DNA of 64,000 nt from an uncultured Arcobacter sp. (GTDB lineage Bacteria > Campylobacterota > Campylobacteria > Campylobacterales > Arcobacteraceae): assembly GCA_965140705.1 (NCBI GenBank), contig OZ223302.1, positions 512,001 to 576,000 on the forward strand. The letters run 5' to 3'. Position 1 is the stretch's first letter. Each line of letters starts with the position of its first letter. This document shows positions 62,004 to 64,000 of the stretch, piece after piece. A program made the translations under genes and the position numbers. Below the pieces are notes generated by a model. The model saw nothing but the letters and a program-made list of their open reading frames with translations. It was not told where the DNA came from and did no database searches.

Positions 62004-64000
62004 TTATTTCTCTTTTTTAGCAGTTGTTTTCTTTGTTGTCTTTTTTGCAGGAGCTTTCTTCGCTGGAGCTTTTTTTGTTGTTGTTTTCGACGTTGTTTTT
62101 GCAGCTGGTGCTTTTTTAGCTGGTGCTCTTTTTGAAGTTTTAGAATCATTTTCAATAATACTTAAACAATCTTCCAACTCTAAAGAGGCAGCATTTTTAC
62201 CCTTTGGTATTTTATAGTTTTTTCTACCTTGTTTAATATAAGGTCCATATCTTCCATCAAGAATTTGAATTTTTTCTTTTTCAAAGTTTTTAATAGTAGC
62301 TTTTGCTTTTTCTTCATCAATTTGTTTTATTATCTCTAAAGCTCTTGGTAATTCAATTTTATATGGATCATCTTCTTTCAATGAATAAAATTTTGTTTTT
62401 ACTTGTAAATATGGACCAAATCTTCCAATATTTGCTTTAATATCTTCACCTTGGGCAGTTTGTCCTACAACTCTAGGAAGAGTAAATAAAAACATCGCTT
62501 CTTCCATAGTAATTGTATCCATATTTAAATGAGATGGGATAGCTACGAAAAGAGGTTTCTCTTCATCATCTTTTGTCCCAATTTGAACAAATGGACCAAA
62601 TCTCCCAACTCTAGCACTTACAGGTTTCCCAGATTTTGGATCAGTTCCTATTTCTCTTATTTGTAAATAATCTTCTTTATTTACACTCTCTTCTTTTTCA
62701 TCAATAGTTTTTTTGAAATCTCCATAAAACTCTTTCATTACTTGTTGCCAAGCAATTTTTCCCTCTGCAATATCATCAAACTCTTCTTCAACTTTTGCAG
62801 TAAATCCTAAATCTAAAATATTAGGGAAGTGATCTGTTAAAAATGAATTTACAATTTCACCAGTTGGTGTAGGTATAAGTTTTTTATCTTCAGATTTAGT
62901 TATATACTCTCTTGCTTGAATAGTAGAAATAGTAGGAGCATAAGTTGATGGTCTTCCTATTCCTTCACTTTCTAATTTTTTTACAAGAGAAGCTTCTGTA
63001 TATCTTGCTGGTGGTTTTGTAAAGTTTTGCTCTAAATCTAATTTTTCCAAATCAAGTTTTGTTCCAACTTTAATTGACGGTAATATCTTTTCGCTACTAT
63101 CAAGTGCAGATTCAGGATTATCACTTCCTTCTGTATAAACTTTCATAAATCCAGGAAAAATAATTCTTTGTCCCTTAACTTGAAATTCATACTCTTTATC
63201 TTTTCCTGCACTTATTTTATATGTAGTATTTGCTATTCTTGCTGTACTCATTTGAGTAGCAAGTGTTCTTTTCCAAATAAGGCTATAAAGTCTATATTGA
63301 GCATTATCAACATAAGTTTTTATCATACTTGGTTTCAAACTTAAATCAACAGGTCTAATAGCCTCGTGAGCTTCTTGTGCTCCCTTAGCTTTTGATTTGT
63401 ATACCCTTGGACTTTTTAGGCTGTATTCAGCTCCATATGTTTTTTCAATCACTTTTTTAGCTGCACTTGTAGCAACTGTTGAAAGATTTAATGAGTCTGT
63501 TCTCATATATGTAATCAAACCACCAGTATGATTTGGAATATTTTGAATATTTCCCTCATATAATTGTTGTGCAATTACCATAGTTTGTTTTACAGAATAT
63601 CCAAGTTTTCTACTAGCCTCTTGTTGTAGGGTAGAAGTTGTAAAAGGAGCTGCTGGGTTTCTTTTACTTTCATTCTCTTCTATATCAAAAAGTTCAAAAT
63701 CACCTTGATTTATTGAAGCTTCTATCTCTTTTGCTTCTTGTTCATTTTTGATTTTTTTTACTTTTCCATCAATTTTTGCTAATTCTGTATTTAATTCTGG
63801 ATTTATAAAATCAGCTTTTATTTTCCAAAATTCTTCAGGAACAAAGGCTCTAATTTCATTCTCTCTATCAACTATTATTCTAACAGCGACACTTTGAACT
63901 CTTCCTGCACTAAGACCATATCTAACTTTTTTCCATAATAATGGTGATAGTTCATATCCAACAGCTCTATCTAAAATTCTTCTTGCTTGTTGAGCATCAA
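62004..64000 (-). CDS. topA: DNA topoisomerase I, 5' end outside window
   Basis: The frame stays open beyond the ORF-track start: SAGRVQS...PFTTSTLQQEA...ITYMRTDS, QEAHEAIRP and GIGRPSTY. Confidence 0.97.
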   Translation of the reverse strand, partial: DAQQARRILDRAVGYELSPLLWKKVRYGLSAGRVQSVAVRIIVDRENEIRAFVPEEFWKIKADFINPELNTELAKIDGKVKKIKNEQEAKEIEASINQGDFELFDIEENESKRNPAAPFTTSTLQQEASRKLGYSVKQTMVIAQQLYEGNIQNIPNHTGGLITYMRTDSLNLSTVATSAAKKVIEKTYGAEYSLKSPRVYKSKAKGAQEAHEAIRPVDLSLKPSMIKTYVDNAQYRLYSLIWKRTLATQMSTARIANTTYKISAGKDKEYEFQVKGQRIIFPGFMKVYTEGSDNPESALDSSEKILPSIKVGTKLDLEKLDLEQNFTKPPARYTEASLVKKLESEGIGRPSTYAPTISTIQAREYITKSEDKKLIPTPTGEIVNSFLTDHFPNILDLGFTAKVEEEFDDIAEGKIAWQQVMKEFYGDFKKTIDEKEESVNKEDYLQIREIGTDPKSGKPVSARVGRFGPFVQIGTKDDEEKPLFVAIPSHLNMDTITMEEAMFLFTLPRVVGQTAQGEDIKANIGRFGPYLQVKTKFYSLKEDDPYKIELPRALEIIKQIDEEKAKATIKNFEKEKIQILDGRYGPYIKQGRKNYKIPKGKNAASLELEDCLSIIENDSKTSKRAPAKKAPAAKTTSKTTTKKAPAKKAPAKKTTKKTTAKKEK

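Overview
AT-rich Campylobacterota chromosome segment, most likely Arcobacteraceae (inferred from gene content, flagellin type and TGnTAnAAT-type promoters). Left flank (1-8.6 kb) is housekeeping: prepilin peptidase, uppS, coaBC, glmU, an ankyrin-repeat protein, a Suv3-like helicase and trmA. Two tandem flagellins follow, then a ~44 kb flagellin-glycosylation island (11,984-55,545). The island holds a 1409-aa Maf with four tandem C-terminal repeats and three NeuB-family synthases (Neu5Ac-type, divergent, PseI). It also has three cytidylyltransferases, a B12-dependent radical SAM enzyme lying between neuB and neuC, four class I methyltransferases, a GAPDH-fold/cytidylyltransferase/HpcH-aldolase/2-hydroxyacid-dehydrogenase cassette and a PhyH dioxygenase. 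Further genes are several GT2/GT4 enzymes, a probable PRPP-dependent ribofuranosyltransferase, Stealth + glf + GT2, an ACP/SDR/adenylation trio and pseBCFGHI. No polysaccharide export genes were recognised. A decayed IS256 transposase missed by the ORF track lies at 40.1-41.0 kb. Right flank: recA, eno, ftsB-like, AMIN protein, cation:proton antiporter, bioB, phosphoesterase and partial topA. No rRNA, tRNA or CRISPR array was seen. All calls are by eye from motifs; no searches were run.
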